Origin: a virus
DNA length: 64,000 nt
Strand: one strand, 5' to 3'
IMG/VR virus record: IMGVR_UViG_3300021505_000001
Span: 32,001 to 96,000 of that record
A program made the translations under genes and the position numbers. Position 1 is the stretch's first letter. Each line of letters begins with the position of its first letter. A model generated the notes under the pieces. That model saw only the letters and a list, made by a program, of their open reading frames with translations. It made no database searches and had not been told where the DNA came from. Of the stretch, positions 30,276-40,363 are shown piece by piece.

Positions 30276-30914
30276 ATGAAAGTTTCCATTTGTAAATGTA
30301 TATATTGTAAGTTTTTGGAGAGTATCAATAAAAAAGAGAATACTCTATCTTGTATACTTGAAAATGGTGAAACTTTATCTTTACCTATTTTAATAGATGC
30401 TGCTACTATTCAAAAGGTTGTGGATTGCCCAAGGGAAGATAATACTGTAAAGATTAAAGTAGTTAAAGATAATGATGGAATTGAAATGCCTTTTTATGCT
30501 ACTCCAAGTTCATCAGGGTTTGATTTAATTGCATCTGAAATGGTACTATTGAAACCAGATGAAAGAAAGTTAATACCTACAGGATTAAGATTTGAAATTC
30601 CTGATGGTTACGAACTTCAAATAAGACCACGTTCAGGAATATCTTTGAAAACTTCTATAATAATGCCTGATTCTCCTGGTACAATAGATGCTGATTATAG
30701 AGGTGAAATTCAAATAATACTTTGGAATACAAGTAATAAGGAGAGTTATACTGTTAATAAGGGAGATAGGATAGCTCAGGGTGTTTTGATTAAAATTGAA
30801 AGAGCTGAGTTTGTTGTGGTTGATGAACTTACAAAAACTATTAGACAAGAAGGTGGTTTTGGTCATACAGGATACTGTGTAAAAGAAGCAAATTTTTGTC
30901 AGAAAAGGGATTAA
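30276..30914 (+). CDS. dut: Trimeric dUTPase with N-terminal Cys-rich extension
   Basis: SSGFDL, IRPRSG, PGTIDADYRGE, GDRIAQ, RQEGGFGHTG (motifs I-V). Confidence 0.95.
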   Translation: MKVSICKCIYCKFLESINKKENTLSCILENGETLSLPILIDAATIQKVVDCPREDNTVKIKVVKDNDGIEMPFYATPSSSGFDLIASEMVLLKPDERKLIPTGLRFEIPDGYELQIRPRSGISLKTSIIMPDSPGTIDADYRGEIQIILWNTSNKESYTVNKGDRIAQGVLIKIERAEFVVVDELTKTIRQEGGFGHTGYCVKEANFCQKRD

Positions 30915-30917
30915 ACA

Positions 30918-32051
30918 ATGAAAAATGAAGAGATTGTTAAATTCCGTTTAGGCGAATTTTTCTGCGGTCCTGGAGGACTCGCAATGGGTGCAAAGCTCGC
31001 TTCTGTAAAAAAGGAAAATAAAGTTTATTGCATTGTACATGCATGGGCTACTGATTATGACCATGACAGTTGTGAAACGTATCGGACAAATATATGCCCA
31101 AATAAACCAGAAACTGTTATTTGTGAGGATATACATAAATTAAAAATCGATAAACTAAGAAGTATTTCAGAGATTGATGCTTTTGCTTTTGGTTTTCCGT
31201 GCAATGATTTTAGTATTATTGGAAAACAAAAAGGAATTAACGGTATATATGGTCCCCTTTACAAATATGGAGTAAAAGCTATTCGTTTATTTAAGCCTAA
31301 ATTTTTCTTAGCAGAAAATGTTGGGGGGCTTAGAAGTTGTAATAATGGCAAAACATTTTCATTAATACTTAATGAGTTATTTGATTCAGGATATTCTGTT
31401 TATCCGCATTTATACAGTTTTGATAAATATGGAGTTCCTCAGACTCGACAAAGAATAGTTATAGTAGGAATAAGACAGGATATTAATATAGTTTTTAAAG
31501 TTCCGTCTCCAAAACCATACCAATATATTGATGTAACATGCAGAAATGCTATTGAGAACCCCCCTATATCAAAAGATGCTCCGAATAATGAATTAACACG
31601 TCAATCGAAAACAGTTATAGAACGATTACGCTATATCAAGCCTGGGGAAAATGCGTTTACTGCAAACCTGCCAAAGCATTTACAGCTTAATGTTAGAGGC
31701 GCAAAAATGAGTCAAACTTATAAAAGATTAAATCCTGATAAACCCGCATATACGGTAACTGGAAGTGGCGGGGGTGGGACACACATGTATCATTGGAAAG
31801 AAAATCGTGCCTTAACAAATAGAGAAAGAGCAAGATTACAGACATTTCCAGATGATTTTGTTTTTATTGGTTCAAAAGGAAGCGTTAGGAAACAGATAGG
31901 AATGGCAGTCCCATGTATAGGAGCAAAAATAATCTTTGAATCAATTTTAAAATGTTTTGCAGGAATTTCATATCCGTATATTGTTCCAAATATGGAGCCA
32001 TTATTACATAAGGGGATGGTATCGCATTTTAATGATTTATATAATAAATAA
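30918..32051 (+). CDS. Orphan DNA cytosine-C5 methyltransferase
   Basis: F.GPGG, GFPC, AENV, Q.R.R, RERARLQTFPD, QIGMAV. Confidence 0.95.
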   Translation: MKNEEIVKFRLGEFFCGPGGLAMGAKLASVKKENKVYCIVHAWATDYDHDSCETYRTNICPNKPETVICEDIHKLKIDKLRSISEIDAFAFGFPCNDFSIIGKQKGINGIYGPLYKYGVKAIRLFKPKFFLAENVGGLRSCNNGKTFSLILNELFDSGYSVYPHLYSFDKYGVPQTRQRIVIVGIRQDINIVFKVPSPKPYQYIDVTCRNAIENPPISKDAPNNELTRQSKTVIERLRYIKPGENAFTANLPKHLQLNVRGAKMSQTYKRLNPDKPAYTVTGSGGGGTHMYHWKENRALTNRERARLQTFPDDFVFIGSKGSVRKQIGMAVPCIGAKIIFESILKCFAGISYPYIVPNMEPLLHKGMVSHFNDLYNK

Positions 32052-32120
32052 GTTTCTACTAACTATTTGTTATCTTTAAGGATAAGTGAATTTTTGATTG
32101 TTTTATATAAAAATAATATA

Positions 32121-32147
32121 ACCTACTCCTGAAAGAGTGGGTTTTTT
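32121..32147 (+). terminator. Intrinsic terminator
   Basis: ACCTACTC-CTGAAA-GAGTGGGT followed by a T-run. Confidence 0.6.
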
Positions 32148-32179
32148 CTTTTAAAAATTTTATAGGAGAAGAATAAGTT

Positions 32180-32806
32180 ATGTCTTCAATTTTTGAAAAT
32201 TTTTATGGAGTAAATTTGTCTACTTTTAATAACCATCCTACATTTTTCGGTGCTGTATTTTTTGTAGGTGGTTGTAACTTGAGATGTTCTTGGTGTCATA
32301 ACAAAAAAATTGTTCTTAAAAAAGGTGATCCTATAGATAAAGAAATATTACAGGACTTTATTAAAAGGTGTGCCTATTATCAAAAGAAATTTGGTGATTT
32401 TTCTTTAACAATAACAGGAGGTGAGCCTACTATTTATTCTGATTTACCTAATTTCCTTGATTTTATAAAAAATGATTTTCCATCAATAAAATTAGATTCT
32501 AATGGAATTAATTATAACATGTTAAAAGATATTTTAAAATATGATTTAGCTAATTTAATAGCTATAGATATTAAATATCCACCACAAAAGTATGCTCAAT
32601 ATTTAGATGTCTCAGGTGATTTTTTATATAATATATTTGATTTATCAACTAAGTATAAAAATAAATTTCTTTTTAGAACTACCTTAAATAATGAGTTATC
32701 TCTTAATGATACTGAAGAGATAGATCGGTTAATCAAAAGGTATAACTTACAACATAACTATCAAAAATTTATAGAACCTACAGAAACTTGGGAGGATTTG
32801 AAGTAA
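32180..32806 (+). CDS. nrdG: Anaerobic RNR activating radical-SAM enzyme
   Basis: GCNLRCSWCHN (CxxxCxxC), ITGGEPT; directly upstream of nrdD. Confidence 0.9.
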   Translation: MSSIFENFYGVNLSTFNNHPTFFGAVFFVGGCNLRCSWCHNKKIVLKKGDPIDKEILQDFIKRCAYYQKKFGDFSLTITGGEPTIYSDLPNFLDFIKNDFPSIKLDSNGINYNMLKDILKYDLANLIAIDIKYPPQKYAQYLDVSGDFLYNIFDLSTKYKNKFLFRTTLNNELSLNDTEEIDRLIKRYNLQHNYQKFIEPTETWEDLK

Positions 32807-34911
32807 TGGGAGATATAATTAACGTTAGAAAAAGGAATGGTCATTTGCAAGAATTTGATGGACAGAAGATTGAACAGGCTATAAAGAAAGCCTTTCTTGT
32901 CTCAAATTTGGAAAGTAAATTAGATATTGTTCCTAAAATCACACAAGATGTTATTAATAAGATAAATGAAAATGATGAAAAATATTCTACTTCCATTGGG
33001 AAAGTAATAGATTTAGAAGAAATTCAAGATTTAGTAGAGGAAAGCCTTGTAAAATATAATCTTTACAGAGTTGCTAAAAATTATATTCTGTATAGAGAAA
33101 AGAAAAATGCTTTGAGAGAAAAGAAGAATGTCTTTGTAGATATTGATTCTTTATTTGGAGATTATCTAACATTAGAAAATTGGAGAGTTAAAGAAAATGC
33201 TAATATGGGTTACTCATATCAGGGATTAGTTTTAACCGTTAATAGTCTATTACAAAGTCAATATTGGTTACATTTATATACCGAGGAGATAAAAAATGCT
33301 CATAAACAAGGGTTTATACATCTACATGACCTTTCACAGTTAAGTGGATATTGTTCTGGCTGGTCTCTTTATGATATAATTTTGGAAGGATTTAACTTGG
33401 AAGGTAATGGATGTTGTTCAGCGCCAGCTAAACATCTTGATTCTTTATTCGGCCAAATAGTTAACTTCATTGGAACACTACAGAATGAATGGGCAGGGGC
33501 ACAAGGTATTAATTCTTTTGATACATTATGTGCCCCTTTTGTTTATTATGATGACCTATCTTATAAAGAAGTAAAACAATATATACAAAGGTTTGTATAT
33601 AATTTAAATACTTCATCTCGATGGGGTGGACAGTGTCCTTTTTCTAATATAACATTTGATATTATACCATCATCTAATTTTGCAAATCAACCTGTTATTA
33701 TAGGAGGTAAACCACAAAATAAAACTTATAAAGAGTTTCAAAGAGAAATGTTAATGATTGTTAAGGCTTACTTTGAGATTCTTTTAGAAGGAGATGCTTT
33801 TGGCAATCCTTTTACATTCCCTATACCTACTATAAATATAACAAAGGACTTTCCATGGGATAGTGAGATTGGAGAACTTATTTTTAAAGTTACAGGTAAG
33901 TATGGTAGTCCATATTTTCAAAATTTTATTAATTCTGAAATTTCTCCTGAAGATGTTAGAAGTTTTTGTTGTCGTTTACAGTTGGATAAACGTCAAATTG
34001 AAGAAAAATTTAAGAAGTTAGAAAATAAAACAGGAGGTTTATTTGGGTCTGGTGATTTAACAGGGTCTATAGGTGTTGTTACTATTAATTTAGCAAAGTT
34101 GGCTTATATTGCTAAGGATACTATTGAATTTTTTACTTTGTTATCACATTATGCACGATTAGCTAAGGACTCATTGGAATTTAAAAGACAGTTTTTAACT
34201 GAACAGTATGATAAAGGATTATATCCATTTACTAAAAGGTACTTAGGCAAAAGAAAATTTGATACTTATTTTTCTACTATAGGTATTATTGGAGGGCACG
34301 AAGCATGTATTAATCTGTTAGGTAAAGGTATTGAAACTAAAGAAGGTGTAAACTTGATGAAAAAAACTCTCAATTATTTAAGAGAATTATTAATTGAATT
34401 TCAAAAAGAGACAGGTAATATGTATAATCTTGAAGCAGTTCCTGGTGAGGGGGCATCTTATCGACTTGCTAAAATAGATAAAGAAATGTATAAAGATATT
34501 TATACTTCAGGAACGGAGGAAACACCTTATTATACAAACTCTACACAGTTACCTGTTACTATTAATGATACCTGGTTTGCTTTATTACACCAAAATAATT
34601 TACAACCACTTTATACAGGCGGTACTGTATTTCACGTTTTTGTAGGTGAGGATTTGTCTAATACTGTTAGACCATTACAGAATTTTGTTAAAACAGTCTT
34701 TACTAAAACAAAGTTACCTTATTTAACTATTACACCTACATTCAGTGTTTGTAAAAAGCATGGATATATAGCGGGAGAGCATTTTAACTGTCCAATATGT
34801 GATAATGAATGTAATGTCTTTTCAAGAGTTGTTGGATACTATAGACCTATACAAAGATGGAATGAAGGTAAAAAAGAGGAATTTAAAGACCGTAACTACT
34901 TTGCTGTGTAG
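32806..34911 (+). CDS. nrdD: Class III anaerobic ribonucleoside-triphosphate reductase with ATP cone
   Basis: KRNG ATP cone, HLHDL, RSFCCRL, C-terminal SRVVGYYRP glycyl-radical motif; TAATG coupling with nrdG. Confidence 0.95.
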   Translation: MGDIINVRKRNGHLQEFDGQKIEQAIKKAFLVSNLESKLDIVPKITQDVINKINENDEKYSTSIGKVIDLEEIQDLVEESLVKYNLYRVAKNYILYREKKNALREKKNVFVDIDSLFGDYLTLENWRVKENANMGYSYQGLVLTVNSLLQSQYWLHLYTEEIKNAHKQGFIHLHDLSQLSGYCSGWSLYDIILEGFNLEGNGCCSAPAKHLDSLFGQIVNFIGTLQNEWAGAQGINSFDTLCAPFVYYDDLSYKEVKQYIQRFVYNLNTSSRWGGQCPFSNITFDIIPSSNFANQPVIIGGKPQNKTYKEFQREMLMIVKAYFEILLEGDAFGNPFTFPIPTINITKDFPWDSEIGELIFKVTGKYGSPYFQNFINSEISPEDVRSFCCRLQLDKRQIEEKFKKLENKTGGLFGSGDLTGSIGVVTINLAKLAYIAKDTIEFFTLLSHYARLAKDSLEFKRQFLTEQYDKGLYPFTKRYLGKRKFDTYFSTIGIIGGHEACINLLGKGIETKEGVNLMKKTLNYLRELLIEFQKETGNMYNLEAVPGEGASYRLAKIDKEMYKDIYTSGTEETPYYTNSTQLPVTINDTWFALLHQNNLQPLYTGGTVFHVFVGEDLSNTVRPLQNFVKTVFTKTKLPYLTITPTFSVCKKHGYIAGEHFNCPICDNECNVFSRVVGYYRPIQRWNEGKKEEFKDRNYFAV

Positions 34912-34922
34912 TAGGTTCAGCT

Positions 34923-35294
34923 ATGGATACGTGTCTTTATACTATAAAAGAAGGGAAAGCCTATGATGATAAGGGCAATGAAATAGATATTGGTTTAGTT
35001 TCTGATGGACACCATACATTTAATGAGTTATATGAACGACAATATTTATTGATCATTGCTTTAATGCAAGCTCATCCTAGGCTTTCCTGGAAGTCTAAGA
35101 AGGGAGAAAATGGTAGTCCTTTAGAAGGAGAGTTTGCTGTTGGTATGAATCTACCTGTAGGGCAGGTCACATTTTATATTCCCATAAAATTTTGGGATAT
35201 AACAGATGTACAGGAAATACCAAAAGCACTTGTATTTGATAGACACAATTCAAAGGATATAACAAATAGGTTAAGACAGTTTATTTCTATATAA
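34923..35294 (+). CDS. Phage protein, WDGH-domain-like
   Basis: SDGHHTFNELY...LPVGQVTFY...FDRH. Confidence 0.6.
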   Translation: MDTCLYTIKEGKAYDDKGNEIDIGLVSDGHHTFNELYERQYLLIIALMQAHPRLSWKSKKGENGSPLEGEFAVGMNLPVGQVTFYIPIKFWDITDVQEIPKALVFDRHNSKDITNRLRQFISI

Positions 35295-35317
35295 ATGTAG
35301 ATGATGTGGTTTATTTT

Positions 35318-35350
35318 AAAAGTCTCTTAGATTATTTCTAAGAGACTTTT
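35318..35350 (+). terminator. Intrinsic terminator
   Basis: AAAAGTCTCTTAGA-TTATT-TCTAAGAGACTTTT. Confidence 0.75.
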
Positions 35351-35492
35351 TTGTTGATATTTTTTTGAGGAACGTATATTATTAAGGAATAGAAACAATA
35401 ATTTTTCTTATATTTTTACTTGGCAAAGTCAGTAAATTATTATATATAATAGAAAAATTTGGGAAAACTAATTAATATAAGGAGAGTAGTTA

Positions 35493-35960
35493 ATGTATCC
35501 TAAAACAGCGATATTTGTTATTATTATGATGATTATAAATATCTTAGTTATAAATATCTTTTTACATAGAGAAAAGGAAATAATAAGAACCCAAAAGGCT
35601 AAAATGGAAGCCTTAAGTGCAAGATTAGAAAAAAAGTTAAATAAATTAACTGTTTACAAAGTAAATGTGACTTTTTATTCTTTAACTAAGAAAGAGTGTG
35701 ATAACAACCCCTTTGTTAATGCTCTTGGTCTTAAACCTATTGTTGGTAGAGACATAGCTGTTAGCAGAGATTTGATTCATTTACTAGGTAAATATGTATA
35801 TATTGAGGGTTATGGTGTAAGATATGTAACTGATTTGATGAATAAGAGATATAAAAAAAGTGTAGATATTTTAGTACCTAATTCAAAGTTAGCTTTGAAA
35901 TTGGGCAGAAAGGAAAATGTTAAATTAGTTGTGATAGGTAATAGATTAAGTAAAAAATAA
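35493..35960 (+). CDS. 3D-domain (MltA-like) cell-wall protein with N-terminal TM helix
   Basis: VTFY, IAVSRD, YIEGYG...D, VDI. Confidence 0.8.
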   Translation: MYPKTAIFVIIMMIINILVINIFLHREKEIIRTQKAKMEALSARLEKKLNKLTVYKVNVTFYSLTKKECDNNPFVNALGLKPIVGRDIAVSRDLIHLLGKYVYIEGYGVRYVTDLMNKRYKKSVDILVPNSKLALKLGRKENVKLVVIGNRLSKK

Positions 35961-36030
35961 TTTTATTTTTTTGTTTCTACAATGTATCTTTAAGTAAAGA
36001 TAATTTTTAACTTATAAAGGAGGTTTTTCA

Positions 36031-36228
36031 ATGTATGAAGTTATCACAAGAAGTGGAAAAATTGTAGCGGTTGGGTTTAAAAGCAGGGAAGAGGCAAAAC
36101 GGGTTAGAACAGATAAACAGTTTGTTATACGATCAGAGAATCATCCATTAGGCAGGTCTAAATTTAGGGCATTACGTTCTGAAGTAATTAGAGATAAGAA
36201 AGGAAGGAAAACAATAAGGATACAGTAG
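36031..36228 (+). CDS. Small basic hypothetical protein
   Basis: AGGAGG RBS, 65 aa. Confidence 0.7.
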   Translation: MYEVITRSGKIVAVGFKSREEAKRVRTDKQFVIRSENHPLGRSKFRALRSEVIRDKKGRKTIRIQ

Positions 36229-36323
36229 ATATTTTGTATTGTAAGTGCTTAGTTATATAAGAATATTAAACATATATAACTAAGTATTAAATTTTATACA
36301 AGTTTACAGGAGGATTTTTAATC

Positions 36324-36845
36324 ATGATGAGATATGTTTCTAAAACTAAGTATGATAACAAGGATTTTTATTTAACAAAAATTAAGACCAAAAGTGATTA
36401 TATCAATTTGTATCTTCCAATTGGTTTTGAACAAATTAAACGAATAAGAGATAAAGAAAGTAAAAAGTTTAAAAAGGTATTATTTTTTCCAGTTTATCAT
36501 ACATCTTTGAGAACACCTACTAAATATGGGTTGCCTATTAAAGGATATGTTGTAATAAACAATAAAATAGATTTGTTTGCTGTTAAAAAACAAAACCATC
36601 ATTTACTTCTACTAAAGAAGAATGATGATTCTACTAAAGTTGAATTGCCTGATGATGTTTCTATCGTTAATGAAATTAAAGCTGATAATTTGGTGCTATT
36701 AGAGGTTATTTCTGAAAAAACAACATTTGTTAAGATTCGGAAGAAAGACAAAACTTTTAATGTTAAACTCTACGGTAAAACAAAAGATAGTGATTTTGAA
36801 TCAGGTGAACTTAATACTATTTTTCGGTGGTATTCTATTAAATAA
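36324..36845 (+). CDS. Hypothetical protein
   Basis: AGGAGG RBS, 173 aa. Confidence 0.7.
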   Translation: MMRYVSKTKYDNKDFYLTKIKTKSDYINLYLPIGFEQIKRIRDKESKKFKKVLFFPVYHTSLRTPTKYGLPIKGYVVINNKIDLFAVKKQNHHLLLLKKNDDSTKVELPDDVSIVNEIKADNLVLLEVISEKTTFVKIRKKDKTFNVKLYGKTKDSDFESGELNTIFRWYSIK

Positions 36846-36867
36846 ACATTATGTGAGGAAAAATACA

Positions 36868-37056
36868 ATGAAAAATTTGGAAACAATTGAAGGATGTCTA
36901 TCTGTAGAGGAATTAGGAGTAGCGTTAAAGCGTCATGCTGAATTAATGGTAGATAATTCTACAGATGGTTTTGTAAACAGACTTCGTCTAGAAGGTATGC
37001 GTGCCCTTTGTGATTTGTACGAAAAATATAATAATAGACTAATCAAACATAATTAA
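36868..37056 (+). CDS. Hypothetical protein
   Basis: ATG 36868 after GAGG; non-overlapping part of track ORF 36727..37056. Confidence 0.55.
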   Translation: MKNLETIEGCLSVEELGVALKRHAELMVDNSTDGFVNRLRLEGMRALCDLYEKYNNRLIKHN

Positions 37057-37078
37057 AATCTTATTAACATAAAAGGAG

Positions 37079-37447
37079 GTGTACAAATTGTTCAAAAAAA
37101 TAACAATTATATCGATTGTACTGATGGCCTTAATGTTTTTTGTTGTTATCAATGTTCAAAAGAAACATATTACTATGGAAGATGAAATTATAAATTTGGT
37201 TAAAGAATATCAAGGTGTTTCAAAAATCACTATTATTCAGATTATGCTACGTAGGGGGTATAATTTGGATGATATTAGAGAAAAAATTGATATTCTTAAT
37301 ATTAATTGGAAACATCAAGCCCTTATGATGGGATGGAAGTTACTCCAATTTGATTTGAAGAAAGATGAGATGATAAAATGTTTGAAATTTCAAAAGTTTA
37401 CTGATGAAGAAGTAAACTATGCAATTAATCAAATATTTAAAAAGTAA
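37079..37447 (+). CDS. Hypothetical membrane-anchored protein
   Basis: N-terminal TM helix. Confidence 0.6.
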   Translation: MYKLFKKITIISIVLMALMFFVVINVQKKHITMEDEIINLVKEYQGVSKITIIQIMLRRGYNLDDIREKIDILNINWKHQALMMGWKLLQFDLKKDEMIKCLKFQKFTDEEVNYAINQIFKK

Positions 37448-37585
37448 ACTCAAAACAATAATAGACTTGTTATAGTTGTTTTGTAATTCATTCTAACCCT
37501 TACTTTGCAAGGTTGGTTTTGAATTGAACCTTTTCTATATTTTTCTATGGAATTGGGAAATATTATACAATAAAGGAGGTTTATT

Positions 37586-37816
37586 TTGTACGGTTGTATA
37601 AGAATTTCCTCTGCTGGTGAAGCAGGATGTTTACATAAACTAATAGTTTTTGATTGTTATAAAAAACACTTTCGGTTTTTTACTCTCTATTATTGTAGTA
37701 ATACTATTTTTGGCTGTTTATCCTTATGGTGGAATATAAAAAAACTGAAGAAAAGAGCTTATCTTGCTCATTGTTCAACTTGTGAACACCGTACAAAATG
37801 TTTTGATTTGATATAA
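37586..37816 (+). CDS. Hypothetical Cys-rich protein
   Basis: AAGGAGG RBS before TTG. Confidence 0.45.
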   Translation: MYGCIRISSAGEAGCLHKLIVFDCYKKHFRFFTLYYCSNTIFGCLSLWWNIKKLKKRAYLAHCSTCEHRTKCFDLI

Positions 37817-37870
37817 AGTAGAAAACCAAAAAATATTAATAATATCAGTGTAGTTAGGAGTAAATAAGAA

Positions 37871-38524
37871 ATGAAGCCAGAATTTATTGTTGCAAGAGAT
37901 TTACCTGATGCTTGGTTTCAATGTGTATACAGGTTACTTGAAATAGGACATGAGTACATTATAGATAGAGGAAGCTATAAGGGTCAAAAACGCCTTGAGT
38001 TTGATTATATAACTGTGCATATAAAATATCCTTCCACTCGTCCTTTACTTCCTGAAATTCCCCCTAATTTAAATATACCCAATCCTGTCTCGGAGGAGTA
38101 TCTTGAACAATATCTCCCATACCTTATGACGTCTGCAAAACAGCCTGATGAAGAGTATACGTATGGTCAATATCTTGAGCCACAGATCAATGAGGTTATA
38201 CGTATGTATAAAGAGGAGGGGCATGGTACAAATCAGGCTTATATGACTATAGGAGATCCTCAATCGATATATCTTGATAATCCACCTTGTTTGAGAGGTA
38301 TAGATACACGTATCAAGGATGGTAAACTACATTTTTTCGTTTATTTTCGTTCTAACGATTTGTGGAACGGATTTCCTGTAAATCTTGCTTCTATTCAGTT
38401 ATTAAAAGAGTATATGGCTTTAAGTATTGGTGTCAATGATGGGGAGGTAATTTATTCTTGTAAGGGGCTCCATCTGTACGACTATGTTTGGGAGCTTGCT
38501 AAAAAGAGAATAGGAAAAGAATAA
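37871..38524 (+). CDS. thyA: Thymidylate synthase (short ThyA type)
   Basis: PPCL, FRSND, GFPVN (Asn, dUMP-type), LHLY. Confidence 0.88.
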   Translation: MKPEFIVARDLPDAWFQCVYRLLEIGHEYIIDRGSYKGQKRLEFDYITVHIKYPSTRPLLPEIPPNLNIPNPVSEEYLEQYLPYLMTSAKQPDEEYTYGQYLEPQINEVIRMYKEEGHGTNQAYMTIGDPQSIYLDNPPCLRGIDTRIKDGKLHFFVYFRSNDLWNGFPVNLASIQLLKEYMALSIGVNDGEVIYSCKGLHLYDYVWELAKKRIGKE

Positions 38525-38555
38525 TTTACCGACTATAAAAGAGTAAAGTATTAAA

Positions 38556-39689
38556 ATGAACTTTTATAAAATTTTAAATAAAGAAGAAATTCATCACGGT
38601 TTAAAATATCATGATGGATTAAATATAGACCCATTACCTTTTAATCCTAACGGAGATTGTAAGCCTGGTGGTATTTATTTTTCAAGAGAAGATATTCTAG
38701 CTTTTTTAAATTATGGAATATGGATAAGGCAGGTTACTCTTCCAGAAGGAGAAACAATATATGAAAACCCAGGTTCTCCTAAAAAATGGAAAGCTAAGAA
38801 GGTTATTTTAGGAAAGCGAAAAAGAATCAATTTAAAAGTTATCAAAGGATTAATAAAAGAAGGTGCTAATATTCATGCAGGTCATGTTGATGCTTTAATG
38901 TGGTCAGCAGAGAAAGGTTACTTTGATATAGTTAAGTATCTGGTAGAGAATGGAGCTAATATACATGCAAACGATGATTATGCTTTAAGATTATCGGCAC
39001 AAAAAGGATATTTTAATATAGTTAAGTACTTAGTAGAAAATGGTGCTAATATCCACGCTAGGAATGATTATGCTTTAAGATTAGCAGCCGAAAATGGTCA
39101 TTTTAAAATAGTTAAGTACTTAGTGGAAAATGGTGCTGATATACATGCTAGAAATGATAATGCTTTAATATGGTCAGCAGAAAAAGGTCATTTTGAAGTA
39201 GTTAAATACTTAGTGGAAAATGGTGCTGATATACATGTAAGAGGTGATTATGCTTTAAGATTAGCAGCACGAAAAGGTCATCTTGATATAGTTAAGTATA
39301 TAGTAGAGAATGGTGCTAATATCCACGCTAGAAATGATTGTGCTTTAATATGGTCAGCAGAAAAAGGTCATTTTGAAGTAGTTAAGTATTTAATAGATAA
39401 AGGTGCTAATATCCACGCTAGAAATGATTGTGCTTTAATGTGGTCGGCACGAAAAGGTTACCTTGATATAGTTAAATATCTGGTAGAGAATGGAGCTAAT
39501 ATCCACGCTAGAAATGATTATGCTTTAATATTATCAGCCTATTATGGTCATTTTGAAGTAGTTAAGTACTTGGTAGAGAATGGAGCTAATATACATACGG
39601 ATGATGATTGTGCTTTAAGATTAGCAACTGAAAAAGGTCACCTTAATGTGGTTGAGTACTTAGAAGGAAAAGGAAAGGAGAAACTATAA
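38556..39689 (+). CDS. Ankyrin-repeat protein A (conserved N-domain + 9 x 30-aa repeats)
   Basis: GA(N/D)IHA..D.AL...A..G.....KYL.E repeats. Confidence 0.95.
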   Translation: MNFYKILNKEEIHHGLKYHDGLNIDPLPFNPNGDCKPGGIYFSREDILAFLNYGIWIRQVTLPEGETIYENPGSPKKWKAKKVILGKRKRINLKVIKGLIKEGANIHAGHVDALMWSAEKGYFDIVKYLVENGANIHANDDYALRLSAQKGYFNIVKYLVENGANIHARNDYALRLAAENGHFKIVKYLVENGADIHARNDNALIWSAEKGHFEVVKYLVENGADIHVRGDYALRLAARKGHLDIVKYIVENGANIHARNDCALIWSAEKGHFEVVKYLIDKGANIHARNDCALMWSARKGYLDIVKYLVENGANIHARNDYALILSAYYGHFEVVKYLVENGANIHTDDDCALRLATEKGHLNVVEYLEGKGKEKL

Positions 39690-39761
39690 ATAAAAAAGGG
39701 TTTTAACTATAATAAAATATGTTTGGGAACTTGCCAAAAAAAGAATAGGAAAAGTATTAAA

Positions 39762-40232
39762 ATGAACTTTTATAAAATTTTAAATGAAGAAGAAATTCAT
39801 TGTGGCTTAGAGTATCATGATGGACTAAATATAGACCCATTACCTTTTAACCCTGCTGGAGACTGTAGACCCGGTGGTATTTATTTTTCAAGAGAAGATA
39901 TTTTAGCTTTTTTAGGTTATGGGCCTTGGATAAGACAAGTAACGATTCCAAAAGGAGAACAAATATATGAAAACCCTGGTTTTCCTAAGAAATGGAAAGC
40001 TAAGAAGGTCATCTTAGGGAAGCGAAGAAGAATTAGTTTACAAGTTATTAAAGAATTAGTAAAAGAAGGTGCTAATATTCATGCAGGTAATGATAAAGCT
40101 TTAGTATGGTCAGCACAAAAAGGTTATCTTGAAGTAGTCAAGTTTTTAATAAAAAAAGGTGCTAATATACATGCAAGAGGTGATTATGCTTTAAGATTAT
40201 TAACACAAAATGGTCATTTTAAAAGTAGTTAA
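39762..40232 (+). CDS. Ankyrin-repeat protein B (N-domain + 2 repeats, last repeat frameshifted)
   Basis: Same N-domain; extra A in TTTAAAAGTAGTTAA gives FKSS* instead of FKVVKYLEG. Confidence 0.85.
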   Translation: MNFYKILNEEEIHCGLEYHDGLNIDPLPFNPAGDCRPGGIYFSREDILAFLGYGPWIRQVTIPKGEQIYENPGFPKKWKAKKVILGKRRRISLQVIKELVKEGANIHAGNDKALVWSAQKGYLEVVKFLIKKGANIHARGDYALRLLTQNGHFKSS

Positions 40233-40265
40233 ATATTTAGAAGGAAAAAAAGAAAGAAATAAAAT

Positions 40266-40349
40266 ATATTTTATAGCTATCCAAAATAATTTTTTCTTGA
40301 TATACTTTAATAAACAGTATATTTTTATTAAAAGGAGAAACTATAAATA
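40266..40349 (+). repeat. 84-bp intergenic direct repeat, copy 1
   Basis: 83/84 identical to 41764..41847. Confidence 0.9.
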
Positions 40350-40363
40350 GGAAAGGTATTAAA

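Noticed and set aside
37871-38524. dCMP hydroxymethylase / hypermodified-base pathway
   Set aside because: The specificity residue is Asn (GFPVN), the dUMP type, and dUTPase and Tmk fit ordinary dTTP synthesis. No base-modifying transferases were recognised.
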